Source of the DNA: Schizosaccharomyces osmophilus
Lineage: Eukaryota
DNA: 64,000 bases
Assembly: GCF_027921745.1 (NCBI RefSeq)
Contig: NC_079238.1
Coordinates: 558,001-622,000 of the forward strand
Direction of reading: 5' to 3'
Shown here: in pieces, positions 34,935 to 48,210 of the stretch
Layout of the letters: every line of letters starts with the position of its first letter
Numbering within the stretch: the first letter of the stretch is position 1
The notes under the pieces: model-generated
Databases searched by the model: none
What the model was told of the DNA's origin: nothing
The model's input: the letters and a program-made list of their open reading frames with translations, nothing else
Translations under genes and position numbers: made by a program

Positions 34935-36060
34935 TTTGTCTACTTCTTTTTTACATTCTGTTTTTTTATAAATAAAATTTTCAATTGCTGTTTCTACATA
35001 TTTTATCGATTTCCTTTCCCAGTCCCAAAATTCAATCCTATGATTTCGAAGAAAAGCTACATCAAAAACATCCAGCTCTGTTTTAAAATTACTTAATTAT
35101 TTTCCACTCAATTCATTCTGATCTCCTTCTTTTCTTTGTTTCTGCTTCCTACTAACAGGTCCCTTGGACCAATAACGGTCCTCTCATATATGAACTTTAG
35201 AGACGAACCCGAGACAAAAAGATCATTTGCCAAAGCCATAAGAATGAGGTAGAATGACCTTTCCTGCAGACGCGGGAAGGGCTGGCTTCGTTAGGCATGA
35301 CGGTGCTTTCTCTTCCCTCTTATACGCTAATCCAAATGCCTTTCCATTGCTTCCCTCTTTGTGACCAAGCTTGCTTTAGCCGATATTGATTGTTTCCGTC
35401 GTCGTCAAAGCCGGTAACAGAGAAGAGAAGAAATGAACATAAACATAAACATAAAACGCCTCTTGCTTTGTTGTCGATGCTTTGATGCTTCCCTTTGTTG
35501 AAAAATCCTCCTTTCTTACTGTTTACTTTCTCTAGAATAGCAAAGTGTGTTTCATCTCTATATCTTATCAGCCGGTCAATTCGTCATTTGTACCATCAAT
35601 TCCCGATACAGGTAACAGGGACTCTTTGTTCCCTCGAAATGTAAACAAACCAAATGCGTTGTTGGCGGTTACTTGGATTGAAGGTTGAAGGTGGGAAGCG
35701 TTTGGGTTACTTGGGTCCCTGCCTCTGCCTCTGTCTCTGTCTCTGACTACTCTAGACTGAAACTTAGACTTGCCTTTGAATAGACTTACGACTTCTTCAA
35801 AATCGTTTGCAACCAACTCGCCTACTTTCTAACCATGTTTGATAACTGTTTTGTTTATTTATTCTTCTAATAAAATCAATGATTTCGTCTCAACAGTAGT
35901 AGAAACTTTTTTCATATATATATATAGTCTGACTCATAAAATGAAACCACTCCATCGGTTTTGGATTTTCTCAACTCTCATAGACTCGGGTCATCTGTTC
36001 ACAAGCTTCTGGGTTCCGCAATTCAATCACTGCATTTTCCCCCTTCCTCTTTTCTTTTAT

Positions 36061-39000
36061 CTATTCGTCAACACTCGTTAGATTTGTGCCATTTTCGGTC
36101 CAGTTTCGGTCCACTGGTTGCATTAGTCCAAAGTCGTTCAAGATATCCAAATCAAAATCGTTCAACAACCCTTTTCCAATAGTCAAAGGAACAATAATTA
36201 ATGCAAGAAATACAATTAACATAGAAAAAAATAAAAATGCATATCTTCGAACAATTCGCTTTCGTAATCGCTTCTGTCTCATCGAATATATTGGCGGGCG
36301 GATCAACTTGCTAGGACGCAACCAAAATAACATCATAGAATGCCATTTGTCAATAAACGGTATCAGCAGAATCGGTAACATCAAATATAATATCAAATGT
36401 CCCAAGAAGAAATCTGCCGCAAACATGTTCAACTCAACAAGCTTGCACACAAATTCTCGAGACGGCTGAGACAATGCGTGAAAGCCTAACCCTCTCGAAT
36501 ACCATTTCCCGGTCCACCATGCCAAATTAGCTCCGTCGTGTTTCAGCTCTCGTGTAAGGAACATAATCTGCAGAAAATTAAAAAAGAATCTCTGTAACGA
36601 TATTATACACAGCATACAAAGTACCGCCTTCGGTAAGCTCCATGCTTCCAAATACCAAGATACTTCAAAAACAATTACAAACATCAAAATCGTAACCGCA
36701 TGCGCAATTGCCGCCAACACTGCTCCAAATTTCTTACAGCACAATCCCAGCAAAGGTCCCATCAAGCATGCCATTCCCGCAAAACAGAGCGATAATCCTG
36801 CTGCTACCACTATCGGCAAAAATGCTAGAATAACAAACCGCAATATCGGATTCGTCGCTTTGTCTGGATCTGGATTTCCCGGCTGTGAATTTATAAACAA
36901 ATAAGGTATGGTCGTTCCCAGTACAAGAAGAAATGGAATGAAGAGTTCGCTAAAAAATAAATTACCAACACGCGCTCTCGGCGTATCCAAGAATGCCTTG
37001 CTGACAGGCACTCCCATAATCCTTCTCTTGTAACCTGTGATACGAGTCCTCGTCAACCGGCAATAGCCAATCCAAGAATTCATGTGAGAACGAGAGTTAC
37101 CTCGTGACATCCATCTCACAAACTCGCGATAATCCACAAAGAAATCATTCCATGCAAACTGGTGAGGGTTGAACATAAACGGACTTACACACATAGCAAC
37201 AGTCGATATCCAAAAGTACACCATATGAGGTATCCACGCACTCAATGTTCCAAATAGAAGCATAAGCAATGTACGTGATCCCAAATAAATGGAAGGAGCT
37301 GCAAATCTTGAAAATAATAACGAAAAAGATTGTCTTGCCGTAGCAAACCCTCTTCCAGTACCAATATACCGAGCACCTCCAAACGATATATTCGCTATCA
37401 CAGAGTACGCATATGTTTGACAAGTAAATACTTCAAATAATGGCGAAAAACTTGCAAAATGTTTTCCTAATCTTGTTAACGCTCTCCATGCACCTCTTTC
37501 CGTTAACTCTTGGACAGTCAACGGAACAAACGAAATAAAGAAAACGATAAAAATAGAGATAATACACCGCTTTAGCCAATTCATAACAGGATTCAGTTGA
37601 TAGCATCCCTCTGGCCTCATCTTGACAGTTAACTTTTGATTGTGGTCGTAATCGCAAACAGTGACAACATGATACATTCCGCCTAGGTTAACTAAGACAA
37701 CCATAAACAATTGTACAGAAAGCATAATGAAAATATTGTTGATGTGAAAACCCGCATGAGCATAGTAAAATGAAAGGAAACGATCAAAAGGAAGCTGAGT
37801 GCCCAAGTAATAATACTCCCGTGAAATCATCTGTTCACCCATGCCTGTTCCGATCTTTGTAGTAAAATTCAAAATAGATCCAAATCCCAAATCACGACCT
37901 TTACCACATTGATAGTATTCACAATGCTTTATGCGACCACCACGTTGTAAAGCTGTCATTCCTGCATAAATATCCTCATTAACGTGAAGACTTTTTTGCG
38001 CTTTTGAAACACCTCCACGGGTTGTCATATAAATGGAATTTAAAAAGTCGGGATGACCATAATGCAATTTACCACCAATTTGAGCCATTGTACGAGCAAA
38101 TAAAGTACCAAATGTCTGTTCTTTACCAGCTGCAACATCACCTAAAATACCAATATTTTCAGAAAATATATACTCTCTGGCGCCCATGATAGCCACGGGG
38201 TTGTTTTGATAGGGCTCTTGGGTCTCTTCGTATGGATCGCTATTAGGTGAGTTGAAGGCTTCAAATTCTGCCAAAATGCTTCGAACCTTCAAGCATTCCT
38301 CTAAGTAATTGTCTTGGTTCGCATCAATAAGCTGTATGTATTCTCCTCGGTAGAAAGGTAGGGCCATATTTTGGTTATCAGACTTTCCATCACCTAAAAT
38401 GGGGTTTCCTGACATCCTTATTCTATATTTTGGAATTCTTTTTCCATTTTCATTAAGTTCTGAATAGCCATCGATAAGTGCTGCATATAGTTTAGGGGAA
38501 GTTTCGCCCTCCTCCAAAGGATCCTCATCCAGATATGCAATTAGTAAATCAGGATAAGCTCTGAGAATGAACTCCGTGTTTTCCACCTCTTCAGATGTAA
38601 ACTTTGCATACCTTTGCATAGAGACGCACATTTTGAATTTGCGGGATGCCATTCGATCTAATTCATATTCCAAAACCTCCATTTGTCCAGCGAAAAGTTG
38701 AGAGACATCAGGATTTTCGACCCTGTAGAGGAGCTTTATCGCACGAGAATAATTCATAAATCCACTGACTGTTCTGTATAAAGTTTGGCTTCTCAAGGAG
38801 GCCCAGATCCTAGTTCGAAGAGTATACTCAGGAGTAGCGTTTTTGAATCCAACGCAATAGAAAGGTAAGTCATCAAATTTTCCTTTCAATATATTCGATT
38901 TCCCATTTGTATCTTCCTCCCCGAAATCTTGCTGAGTTAAAGCATCCTCTTCAGCAAGAATTTTCGTATCACGGACGAAGCACTTCCATTCGTGAGCATG

Positions 39001-41721
39001 TAGCTGTTTTAAATACTCAAGCAAAGTGACTCTCGAAAGCTTGTCTTGTTCTCTTATAATTTCTTTGAGAGAAAGAAGGATCTTCTCTCCGTAGTGAGGA
39101 ACCAGAACCGTGAAAGTGGGCATAGTATCCACAGGTATAGGTTCGGGAATTGGAGTAGCAAGTGATTGAGCAAAGAAAGAAAGCCTTCGTTCCGCTTCCG
39201 AATGTGCCGGGAAATATTCCGTCTTGAAAGAAGAATCCTCCTGGGAGACAAAGAATGTAGGTGTCTTTAGAGTTTTGGTTCCATCACCGTCGAGAGAACT
39301 GACTTGATGATAAATGAGCCTCTGAACATGCTCGACCGCCAGAAGATGTTCACGGTACAAAGATATGATGACTGAATTCCATATTTGGGATATTAGTACT
39401 TTCGGCTTGTACACGGAATCTCCCTCCGGGGTAGAAAGAATTTTACTGTATATTCTTTTCGGCATGCGAGCAAAGATATTTCTCCATGGGGTCCAAATTG
39501 AGATACCCAAGAAAAAAGACCGGGTGACTGAGAAAACAGTATTCACTACAATATACCAAAGGTACGTATCAAGGAAGAAAAGGACCAAGTCCGTGACATA
39601 CATAATACTTAAAACGATCCTAGGTTGTAACACACATAAGTAAGATCCTGCCCACTTAATCTCGCAAAAGTATGGTTTCATGGTACTCAAAACAAGAATG
39701 GGATCACGGAAAGACAAAGTCAGGAAAAAATAAGATTCCGCAAACTTAGCTGCAAAAACAAGAGCCCATAAACCCCATGAAACACACATATCGTTGATTT
39801 GTAGACGAGCAAAATCTGAGGTAAAGTATCGATTTGCGAGAAATCTTCTCGAAAACTGGTTTGTTTTGAATCTGAATAAGCTATTTAGCGGGACAATTGT
39901 AAAATAAATAAAGCATAGAAGGGAAAAAATAAAATGGGCGATAGCTACTGTCAATCTACCTACTGAACGTTGCTGTTCTTCATTGGAGAAACCGAAAATA
40001 AATACAGCAGGAGCAATATTCAGCACTAAAACAAGACAGAGAAGAAAGAAACGTTGCAGGAGTGGCCTTGATCCGGGAAACCTTCGAGGAACGTGAGCCC
40101 ATTCAAAAATAGTAGCAAAAATCATCAAAAGAGTAGCAACAGCTCCTCCAAGAGCTACAGAAGACCATTGACATGATTGAATTGGCCGTGGTCCAATGGA
40201 TTGACGAAAGTTTTTCTCGATGAGAGTAGGAGAGTTAAAGGCCGTATAGTACCAATAAGTAGTAAAATGAATGACCCATATCCTGTTGAAATTTGTCAAA
40301 GAATGAGACCAAGAACGGCTTTCGTAGAAAGTTTTTTGAAACGCCTTGTCCCAGTTCGCCTCGTTGAGTTTATGAAACCTCTGCCATTTTGGTAGTGAGA
40401 AGAGGGGAGTACCATCCATCAGCACAATTCTATTAATACCTTGAGGGTACCAAAATAGTTGATTAACGTCATCATAGCCGATAGTTTCTGCATGGTCACG
40501 TTCCCTACGAACTAATTTTCCTTCAAATTCTTCGAATTGTTGGTTTCTGATGAAATTATAGAGAGGTGTCACCACGTTTTCCAGGTAGTAGTATTCATGG
40601 ACTGGAGGTTTTTCTACGCGATATTCATCGGATTGCATGTAATCCAGGGCCATTTTAAATAGAAAACACAAGCATTCTGGGCAAAAACGGATATTGTTGG
40701 CTTCTCCCCAACATAACAGAAAAAGGGCGACCTGACGAATTTGGACTTCAGGAATCAGGCTTCTCATAGCAGTATCCCATTTTTCCATTGAATAATCCAT
40801 GGGATCAATCCTTACTTGTTCCTCGGAGTCGGACTCTTCTTTTTTCGATTTCTTCTTTTTGTTAGACTTGTCGCGCACCAATTTTGGACCAGCCTTCGTG
40901 AACTTGCAATTCTGGAAGCCAACAGAGTCATCGACATCCATATTTGAGGAGAAGTACCATTTTTTATAATTGGCATTCCTACCACCGATATAGTCTGCGT
41001 GCAGCGATCGCACTGCGTTCGTTCCATCCATTCGAGAAGCTCTTGAGTCAAGCAAAACCATAAAGAAATCGTACATATTTAACATAGAGCTCTTTTGAAA
41101 ACCGAAGTTTTCTTGCAGCTCTTCAAATATTGTAAGAATCTCTTCTTTGCTTAGAGGAATCATGTTTTCTGAGATCCAAGCAGGATATGGATTTTTCGCA
41201 TCTAGATATGAAAATCTTGCCGAATATAACTCTTCATCCCCCTTTTCACCAGGAATTACTCTGGGATACATACCCGGGTTCTCCATGAGTCCGGCATAAT
41301 CGCTTAAGATCTCAGGAGTATAACCTGTTGGCTCACGGGCGTACTCTGGAATATCCTGGTAGCTATTGTCATAATTTTGGGCGCTTCTTTCTGGCTTTGT
41401 GGATGAAAACACCAGCCCATCATCGGTTTGATAAAAGAGCTCTTCCATTTGTTGGGATTCTGATTTTTCATAGTACTCTTCCGGATACGGATAATAGGGC
41501 TCAGAGTTCTTTGGGTAGTCCGTAATATAATCCCCTTGTTGGAGATAGCTTTTAGCAGATGGCTGACCTGCGGTTGAGAATTGTTGGATGAAATGAGAGT
41601 CATCGTCAGTCCTTGCAGGAAACTCTGCGAAATCCTTAGAGTCTTCAAATTCATCCGAGTCGTTTGCTGAATCATTTGTTAAACTATCTTTCGAAGGTAA
41701 GTTTTGTTCACCTCCCACCAT
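36061..41721 (-). CDS. bgs2: 1,3-beta-glucan synthase catalytic subunit (GT48/FKS), spore-wall paralogue
   Basis: 1886-aa ORF with [38 protein letters not shown] and many TMs. Paralogue assigned from synteny and the FLEX-rich promoter. Confidence 0.93.
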   Translation of the reverse strand: MVGGEQNLPSKDSLTNDSANDSDEFEDSKDFAEFPARTDDDSHFIQQFSTAGQPSAKSYLQQGDYITDYPKNSEPYYPYPEEYYEKSESQQMEELFYQTDDGLVFSSTKPERSAQNYDNSYQDIPEYAREPTGYTPEILSDYAGLMENPGMYPRVIPGEKGDEELYSARFSYLDAKNPYPAWISENMIPLSKEEILTIFEELQENFGFQKSSMLNMYDFFMVLLDSRASRMDGTNAVRSLHADYIGGRNANYKKWYFSSNMDVDDSVGFQNCKFTKAGPKLVRDKSNKKKKSKKEESDSEEQVRIDPMDYSMEKWDTAMRSLIPEVQIRQVALFLLCWGEANNIRFCPECLCFLFKMALDYMQSDEYRVEKPPVHEYYYLENVVTPLYNFIRNQQFEEFEGKLVRRERDHAETIGYDDVNQLFWYPQGINRIVLMDGTPLFSLPKWQRFHKLNEANWDKAFQKTFYESRSWSHSLTNFNRIWVIHFTTYWYYTAFNSPTLIEKNFRQSIGPRPIQSCQWSSVALGGAVATLLMIFATIFEWAHVPRRFPGSRPLLQRFFLLCLVLVLNIAPAVFIFGFSNEEQQRSVGRLTVAIAHFIFSLLCFIYFTIVPLNSLFRFKTNQFSRRFLANRYFTSDFARLQINDMCVSWGLWALVFAAKFAESYFFLTLSFRDPILVLSTMKPYFCEIKWAGSYLCVLQPRIVLSIMYVTDLVLFFLDTYLWYIVVNTVFSVTRSFFLGISIWTPWRNIFARMPKRIYSKILSTPEGDSVYKPKVLISQIWNSVIISLYREHLLAVEHVQRLIYHQVSSLDGDGTKTLKTPTFFVSQEDSSFKTEYFPAHSEAERRLSFFAQSLATPIPEPIPVDTMPTFTVLVPHYGEKILLSLKEIIREQDKLSRVTLLEYLKQLHAHEWKCFVRDTKILAEEDALTQQDFGEEDTNGKSNILKGKFDDLPFYCVGFKNATPEYTLRTRIWASLRSQTLYRTVSGFMNYSRAIKLLYRVENPDVSQLFAGQMEVLEYELDRMASRKFKMCVSMQRYAKFTSEEVENTEFILRAYPDLLIAYLDEDPLEEGETSPKLYAALIDGYSELNENGKRIPKYRIRMSGNPILGDGKSDNQNMALPFYRGEYIQLIDANQDNYLEECLKVRSILAEFEAFNSPNSDPYEETQEPYQNNPVAIMGAREYIFSENIGILGDVAAGKEQTFGTLFARTMAQIGGKLHYGHPDFLNSIYMTTRGGVSKAQKSLHVNEDIYAGMTALQRGGRIKHCEYYQCGKGRDLGFGSILNFTTKIGTGMGEQMISREYYYLGTQLPFDRFLSFYYAHAGFHINNIFIMLSVQLFMVVLVNLGGMYHVVTVCDYDHNQKLTVKMRPEGCYQLNPVMNWLKRCIISIFIVFFISFVPLTVQELTERGAWRALTRLGKHFASFSPLFEVFTCQTYAYSVIANISFGGARYIGTGRGFATARQSFSLLFSRFAAPSIYLGSRTLLMLLFGTLSAWIPHMVYFWISTVAMCVSPFMFNPHQFAWNDFFVDYREFVRWMSRGNSRSHMNSWIGYCRLTRTRITGYKRRIMGVPVSKAFLDTPRARVGNLFFSELFIPFLLVLGTTIPYLFINSQPGNPDPDKATNPILRFVILAFLPIVVAAGLSLCFAGMACLMGPLLGLCCKKFGAVLAAIAHAVTILMFVIVFEVSWYLEAWSLPKAVLCMLCIISLQRFFFNFLQIMFLTRELKHDGANLAWWTGKWYSRGLGFHALSQPSREFVCKLVELNMFAADFFLGHLILYLMLPILLIPFIDKWHSMMLFWLRPSKLIRPPIYSMRQKRLRKRIVRRYAFLFFSMLIVFLALIIVPLTIGKGLLNDFDLDILNDFGLMQPVDRNWTENGTNLTSVDE

Positions 41722-42012
41722 CGTCTAAGGTATCAATGTTTTTCTGTTTTTTGCTTCGTTCTTATTAATGCAAGTGTATCAATATACTCTTTTTTTGAGG
41801 GAGGACTCTTGCTTGTCAAAATTCAGCTCAAAGCAGTTTCACAATAGGCTTCTCCAGCTTTTGTTGATAGGAAACTTTAGAGGTAGCCCTGTTTCCAATG
41901 CTCTTAAATATAATTGCAATCTTATTTTTATTTTGAATAGGTAAAAATATACTTTTTTCTTGTTGGTTATGAATAGGGGAAGCTGAAGATATATGTTTAG
42001 GCTAAACCCAAA

Positions 42013-42721
42013 GTAAACAAACATATATCCTGTCCGGAATACGCTATCATTGCAACACCAAACAGTCAAGTAAACAAAGTTTGGTTAATTACGTCTAAAC
42101 AAATAAGCAGCCACAAATCTATTTTGCTTGGCATTCCTCACAAGGGCTTGTATATGTCGACTTTTATGGAAATCTCACTCCTTTATCCAAAGAACACAAT
42201 TGGTCTCAAAATCAATGAGAAACATGAAGACAGAAGAGATCTTACTACCTTATAAAATAAAAGACAGAAACAACTGTCAAATAAAGCGCCATCTATACAA
42301 GATATCAATACCTTCTATTTCTGCCATTGTTGATTGATAGCTAAATACTACAAGTTCATTCATCTTTCTTTTTTTTTATATTCGTAAATACTTAATAAAG
42401 TCCATGATTCCATAGAATCGCTTTTCGGTATAGGAAACCGTTTGTTGACTGGCAATGTAAACAAGATCTTGAAAAGTCAATTCTACAAGAATTAGATCTG
42501 TTTCTACTAATATTTCGATTTTTTTTTTTTTTTTTATTTGTTAGACAATTTCGTTTGGCAAGATTTGCTATAAGTGCTTTGCGTCGCAAATCATAGTTTA
42601 CTAATAATTTCGTTTATCATGGAACCTCTTTTTTTTTTTCTTTCACTTTTCACCTTTTCACCTTTTTAATTTTTTCTTTTATTTCATTTATTACAAACTA
42701 CCATTCCAAGCTAGCTACCTC

Positions 42722-42768
<47 letters not shown>

Positions 42769-42800
42769 CTTCTTCTCATTCCTGTTGTTTATTTGTTTAC
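42013..42800. promoter_or_regulatory. FLEX/forkhead sites (GTAAACA) upstream of bgs2
   Basis: GTAAACAAACA at 42013, GTAAACAAA at 42070, GTAAACA at 42457, reverse copy TGTTTAC at 42794. Matches the Mei4/Fkh2 consensus. Confidence 0.75.
42726..42768 (+). repeat. Poly(dT) 43-mer
   Basis: Read directly; lies in the divergent region between bgs2 and the carboxypeptidase gene. Confidence 0.9.
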
Positions 42801-43350
42801 ATGAGAGCTCGATCGTCTCGAAGTACACCACACTATATAGTCATAATGAAATTAGGCATACTGAGATTGATACGGGAAACCGTTTCAAAATGACTTATCT
42901 TGCGAGCAATTACGAATTCTTCGTGAGAAATAACAACATTCGAGAAATAGGTTGCTCCATTCCATCCTCTCCCCTATCTCAAAGAACAAGAAGGCGAAAT
43001 CCGAATGGTATACATATAGAGACCTTTTTCCTTCGTCTCTCTCTTTCCTATTCTTTTTCTTCCTCATCTCATTTTCTATTTCTTAGTTAGTTTGGATCAA
43101 TTTTGAATAATTCCATTGGTTTAATTGAATTCGTGATATTGGATTGTCTTGGTTTGCCAGTGAAGTATTGAGAAGCTGTAATTTACAACATCTATTGCCT
43201 AGACGACTTTTAACTTGTTTTCGAGTTCAGTTTTTGCTTCTTTAATTACGGCGGTAGTCTAGCATTGTACCTCTTCAGTAATAATTTTTTATTTTTTTAT
43301 TTTATTTTTTAACATTCCCGTCCTTGAAGGAAGAATTGAACGATTATAAT

Positions 43351-45111
43351 ATGGTACAGACACAAAGCTCAAAACCTACGGAAAAAAAAATCTTAGAGGA
43401 TGACTTGGAGTATCAGTTGGGAAATCCTAAATGGATGAAGAAATCCAAATCACTATGGAGAAAAATTTTAAATTGGCTTGTAACAATCGGCTTGTTTTTT
43501 TTGGCGACTGTGGCATTTTTTGTAATTTTTGGATTCCCAGTACAGAAAATGGCTTTCAAAGAGAATGAAAATGTTACATCGTTATGTTATCAACCTTCTG
43601 CCCTTGTCTCGTCTACAAATGAACCTTTCTTAGAAACCCAAGACGTTAGCTGCTCTGATTTTATCAACACAGCACAATTTCACAACGAGAGTCTTGAACG
43701 CTATCAGAAAGTGCTACGCGTTCCAACCATCTCTTACGATAATCTTGGCCATGTTGGCGAAGATGAGCGCTGGAACATTTTCGGCGATTTACACGACGTT
43801 TTCCGCGATATATATCCAAACATCTTTAACAAATTACAAGTCGAATACGTTGCTACTTACGGTCTTTTGATTACGTATAAAGGCTCCAATAAAGACCTGA
43901 AACCTCTCGTTCTTATGGCCCATCAAGACGTAGTCCCTATTGCAGAGGCTACTTTGGACAAATGGTATTTCCCTCCTTTCAGCGCCACTTATAAGGATGG
44001 CCTTGTTTATGGTCGCGGGGCTACTGATGACAAAAATTCTTTGGTTGGCATCTTTGAGGCTTTGGAGTTGCTTGCTTCCTCTGACTTTACACCAGAACGT
44101 ACGGTAATTGCATCCATTGGGTTCGACGAAGAAATCTCTGGATATCATAGCGCTTTGCCTTTAGCAAAACGCCTTTACGAAAGATATGGACAAGATGGCG
44201 TCGAGCTTATCCTCGACGAAGGCGGCTTTGTTACCGAGTATTATGGTACCTATTTTGCCGCTGTGTCTGTTGCAGAGAAGGGTTACATGGACGTTGTATT
44301 AAACTTAAAAACTCCCGGTGGCCATTCTTCTATCCCCCCTCCTCATACAAACATCGGTATTATGAGCAAGCTAATCCCACAAGTTGAAAACCCTTTCGAG
44401 GGAACCTTGGTTCTCGAAAATCCGTTCTTTTCTTCTTTGGAATGCTTTGCCAAATATAGTGAAGATTTGGATGAACACATTCGTTCTTCAATTTTAAAGA
44501 AAGACACAGAAGCATTAACCAAGATTCTTTCCAAGGACAAGGATACACGTTATTTTTTCGAGACTTCCATTGCTGTTGATGTTATTCGTGGCGGCGTAAA
44601 GGTAAACGCGTTACCCGAAGAAACAGTTGTAAATGTGAATCATCGTATTTCCGTTGAGAAGAACCTTCATCAACTGTACGATCATTACGAACAACTTGTT
44701 GGTAAATTCGCAAAGGAGAATCATTTGAATCTTACCAACTTCAATGGAGCTCAAATTGTTTCCTATCCTGATGCTATCGGTGATTTTTCTCTTTCTACAA
44801 TAAAGACCCTCGAACCTTCTCCTGTTTCTCCATATGGATATGGCGCTTCCACTTATGAGAAGCTCGGAGGAGCAATTAAACATACTTTTGGTAATGAAAC
44901 TCTCATTGCTCCTGCGTTGATGACTGCGAACACTGACACCCGTCATTACTGGAACCTGACGAAGAGCATTTTCCGTTGGACCCCTGTCTCTCCTAAAGCT
45001 GTTAGTGAAACGAATGACTTTAATGCTCACACGGTTAACGAAAACATGCCTTATCGAGGACATATCGACGCTATCACTTTTTACTATAATTTTATCCGTC
45101 ATTATGATTAA
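43351..45111 (+). CDS. Vacuolar carboxypeptidase S (M20A peptidase, type II membrane protein; S. cerevisiae CPS1-like)
   Basis: N-terminal TM; metal-ligand motifs AHQDVVP, GRGATDDK, GFDEE, LDEGG, AHTVNE. Confidence 0.93.
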   Translation: MVQTQSSKPTEKKILEDDLEYQLGNPKWMKKSKSLWRKILNWLVTIGLFFLATVAFFVIFGFPVQKMAFKENENVTSLCYQPSALVSSTNEPFLETQDVSCSDFINTAQFHNESLERYQKVLRVPTISYDNLGHVGEDERWNIFGDLHDVFRDIYPNIFNKLQVEYVATYGLLITYKGSNKDLKPLVLMAHQDVVPIAEATLDKWYFPPFSATYKDGLVYGRGATDDKNSLVGIFEALELLASSDFTPERTVIASIGFDEEISGYHSALPLAKRLYERYGQDGVELILDEGGFVTEYYGTYFAAVSVAEKGYMDVVLNLKTPGGHSSIPPPHTNIGIMSKLIPQVENPFEGTLVLENPFFSSLECFAKYSEDLDEHIRSSILKKDTEALTKILSKDKDTRYFFETSIAVDVIRGGVKVNALPEETVVNVNHRISVEKNLHQLYDHYEQLVGKFAKENHLNLTNFNGAQIVSYPDAIGDFSLSTIKTLEPSPVSPYGYGASTYEKLGGAIKHTFGNETLIAPALMTANTDTRHYWNLTKSIFRWTPVSPKAVSETNDFNAHTVNENMPYRGHIDAITFYYNFIRHYD

Positions 45112-45515
45112 TGAAAAGACTAGTTGCTTTACCATCTAGTAGTACCTTGCTTATGTTTGTTGTGCTTAATTCTCTAAATCTATTCAATTAAAACGTTGCT
45201 TTAACATATTTTGATTTAATTTGTTTTCGAATTCTAGTCATAATTTAGTAGTAAGTCTCAAGCCCTTTTTTGGCGTTTCCAATGTAAACAGTTATAGTTT
45301 TCTTGCTCATGAATATATCGTTTACTTTAAAACCGACCAGATAACTTATTATTTCCTTAAAATTCGAGTGCTGAATACGAGCCTCATTATCCAAATGCAT
45401 ACTACTCACTAGTAATCCCTTCTAATATATATTTGCGATAAAGCTCAATGCGTGTTTAAATTTTGATTTTGTAAGATACCTTCATTTCTTTTTTCATAAA
45501 ACGAAACAATTGAGA

Positions 45516-46928
45516 ATGCTTTTGTTAAATTTACGATGTCGTAGCCCGAAGCTGAACTTCAAAATCGGTATCAACGATCGAATATCCCACAGTACAATTG
45601 TGAATACCAGGCTGTACTCCAATGCTAATAAACTATCTTTTGAAGATCACCGTATCATAGCTCAAAGGCAGAAGCTTTTTATTACAGATCCAAAATCACC
45701 AGGCTCTATTTTCTTTCTACCTCATGGGGCCCGTGTCTATAATCGACTTGTAGATTTTTTAAAGCTACAGTATCGACTAGAAGGTTTTGAAGAAGTTATG
45801 ACGCCTATTATTTACAAGAAGGACTTGTGGGAACGAAGTGGACATTGGCAAAACTATGAGAAAGAGATCTTTCGCGTGGAGGGAAGCAAAAAGGCTGAAG
45901 AAACTGAAGAAGAAAATAATGCCATTTATGGATTAAAGCCTATGAACTGCCCTGGTCATTGCTTAATATATGCTCATACGGAACGGTCCTATAGGGATTT
46001 ACCTTTGCGGTTTGCAGATTTCAGCCCTTTACACAGAAACGAGGCTTCTGGAGCTCTTTCTGGGATAACCAGACTTCGGTGCTTTCACCAAGATGATGGT
46101 CATATATTCTGTGAACCCCAGCAGATTAAAACCGAAATCACGAAAACACTTCATTTTATAAAACATGTCTACTCTCTATTGGGAATGAATAAGTTAAAAT
46201 ACTATTTAAGTACAAGACCTGAAGACTCGATTGGTTCTCTTGAAACCTGGAGCTTATCAGAAAATGCATTAAAGGAGGCATTGAGCGTCAACGAAGTGCC
46301 TTGGGTATTGAATGAAGGAGATGGTGCATTTTATGGACCAAAGATAGATGTCAATGTTGCAGATGCCCGCGGAAAATGGCATCAAACAGCAACCATCCAA
46401 CTCGATTTTCATTTACCTGAACGATTTAAATTGTACTATCGCACAAAAGCTGGTGGCTCTTCCACTGTTGAAGGAAATGAAAACATGCCCGTCCTCGTTC
46501 ACAGAGCCATCTTTGGATCCTTGGAACGATTTATGGGAATACTAATAGAGCATATTAACGGTCACTGGCCGTTTTGGTTAAGTCCACGCCACGCAGTTAT
46601 CCTGCCCATTAACCAAAGTAAGCCCGTTTTAGATTTTGCAAAGAGAGTACAGAACGAGCTTTCTGGTTCGAGTCAAGTTCAATCGCATTTCGCGCCCTTA
46701 AACCAAACCTATTTTTACGTCGATTTGCAAGCCGATGCCCAATCTTTAGGAAAGAGACTACGAGAATCTAGGCTTTTGAACTATAACTATGAGATTGTAA
46801 TTGGTGAAAAAGAGGTACAAGAACAAGTCCTCAGTGTGACGGATAGACAAGATCGGAAATCTACTAAACGAATGACGATTGATGAATTGAGACGCACTTT
46901 TGAACAAAGGCTAAGCAAATATGAATAA
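45516..46928 (+). CDS. Mitochondrial threonine-tRNA ligase (S. cerevisiae MST1-like)
   Basis: ATG at 45516, presequence, SGHWQNY, LKPMNCPGHC, HQDDGHIFC, GAFYGPKID, HRAIFGSLERF. No N-terminal editing domain. Confidence 0.95.
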   Translation: MLLLNLRCRSPKLNFKIGINDRISHSTIVNTRLYSNANKLSFEDHRIIAQRQKLFITDPKSPGSIFFLPHGARVYNRLVDFLKLQYRLEGFEEVMTPIIYKKDLWERSGHWQNYEKEIFRVEGSKKAEETEEENNAIYGLKPMNCPGHCLIYAHTERSYRDLPLRFADFSPLHRNEASGALSGITRLRCFHQDDGHIFCEPQQIKTEITKTLHFIKHVYSLLGMNKLKYYLSTRPEDSIGSLETWSLSENALKEALSVNEVPWVLNEGDGAFYGPKIDVNVADARGKWHQTATIQLDFHLPERFKLYYRTKAGGSSTVEGNENMPVLVHRAIFGSLERFMGILIEHINGHWPFWLSPRHAVILPINQSKPVLDFAKRVQNELSGSSQVQSHFAPLNQTYFYVDLQADAQSLGKRLRESRLLNYNYEIVIGEKEVQEQVLSVTDRQDRKSTKRMTIDELRRTFEQRLSKYE

Positions 46929-47192
46929 CATATTCATATCCATTCCAATTTCTGACACAAACAAAGTTCGATGAACAAAACTTGCTAAGAGCTAATACTG
47001 TTTTTGATAAATAATATACAATAATGGTCATTCTTTCTTGAAGAGAATTCATTGAACACGAACACTATCTTTGTCAGGTATGAGAAAATTTCTAGAAAGA
47101 AGTTATGGCAAAAATTAGGTAAAAGTATAGATTAGATATCATAAGCTGCAAAAACTTTTTTTGAATAAAACGAATGCGAAGTCGCAACATTT

Positions 47193-47987
47193 TTAAGCAC
47201 GGGGAAGATAGGATGCTGTGCTATTAACAGAGGCAGGATTTTGATTATACTCTTGCTCAGCAGCTTTACTCAATAAACCGACTATCAAATCAGTACATCG
47301 CAACGAATCGTCATTAGCCGGGACGGGATATGTAACCATCTTGGGATCAGCATCCGAGTCAATGATTCCAATTGTAGGTATGGAAGCCTTTTGAGCTTCC
47401 AAACAAGCTCCCCTGTTCTCCAACGGATTAAGAACGACGATCAAGTCCGGGATTACAAACTTTGGAGACTCTTTGGTAGGAACGACCCTACCATTATCAT
47501 CGACAGGGACAATCTTTCCACCTAGGTTTCCCTGCACGTTCCTTGCATTCGTGACCAAACCAGGAAGCCAGCGATCAAACACATGGAATCCACGAGCTCG
47601 TTTTGCTGCATTCACCACCGAATCTTTTTGACCGCTGCGTGTTCCTATAAAAACAATCACTCCTCTGGCCTTGGCAACTTCTCTCACAACAGAAATTGCC
47701 CTCCGTAAATAAACCATCGTTTGATCCAAGGAAATAATATGAATGCCATCTCGTTTTCCGTAAATAAAAGGTTGAGTCAAAGGATTCCACAAAGACGTCG
47801 AATGACCCATATGCGCATAAGATGATAGTAACAAAGACATACTCAGCTTTTCTGGAGAGGCCGGATTGCGAACACCCATTGAAGGAGTATAGTGCGGTGC
47901 GACTTTAGCACCAATTTTGTGATTCCATGAGCGAATTTTCAGCCTTCTGGCAATTAACTGCTCCGTTGTTAATTTCCGTGAAATCAT
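47193..47987 (-). CDS. mrp4: Mitochondrial ribosomal protein uS2m
   Basis: AHMGH...WNP, GIHIISL, RWLPGLVTN, PDLIVVLN, YPVPANDDS. Confidence 0.94.
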   Translation of the reverse strand: MISRKLTTEQLIARRLKIRSWNHKIGAKVAPHYTPSMGVRNPASPEKLSMSLLLSSYAHMGHSTSLWNPLTQPFIYGKRDGIHIISLDQTMVYLRRAISVVREVAKARGVIVFIGTRSGQKDSVVNAAKRARGFHVFDRWLPGLVTNARNVQGNLGGKIVPVDDNGRVVPTKESPKFVIPDLIVVLNPLENRGACLEAQKASIPTIGIIDSDADPKMVTYPVPANDDSLRCTDLIVGLLSKAAEQEYNQNPASVNSTASYLPRA

Positions 47988-48179
47988 CTTCTAAATACGC
48001 GCCTCGATCCTCAATCCGGCGACTTGATCACAAAATCTCAAAGAAAAGAGTTCTTGTACACGATGATTCTAAAGGACAGGAACCATGGAATAGTGCATTC
48101 CAGCACTTGTAATAAATACGATACTGCGATGCAAACCACTACCAAAAAGCTCATATCACCACACAAGATACATTAACGA

Positions 48180-48210
48180 ACGCGTACGAGGGGATACGAT
48201 CGCGTCGCGT
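48180..48210. promoter_or_regulatory. MCB-like cluster (ACGCGT plus 2x TCGCGT) in the mrp4/sgd1 divergent promoter
   Basis: ACGCGT at 48180-48185; CGCGT cores at 48201 and 48206. Confidence 0.4.

Noticed and set aside
35568..35816. 82-aa minus-strand ORF downstream of bgs2
   Set aside because: TTG start with an in-frame stop just upstream; the RDRDRGRG content comes from a microsatellite.
45516..46928. ThrRS lacking the editing domain
   Set aside because: A known property of yeast mitochondrial ThrRS, not novel.
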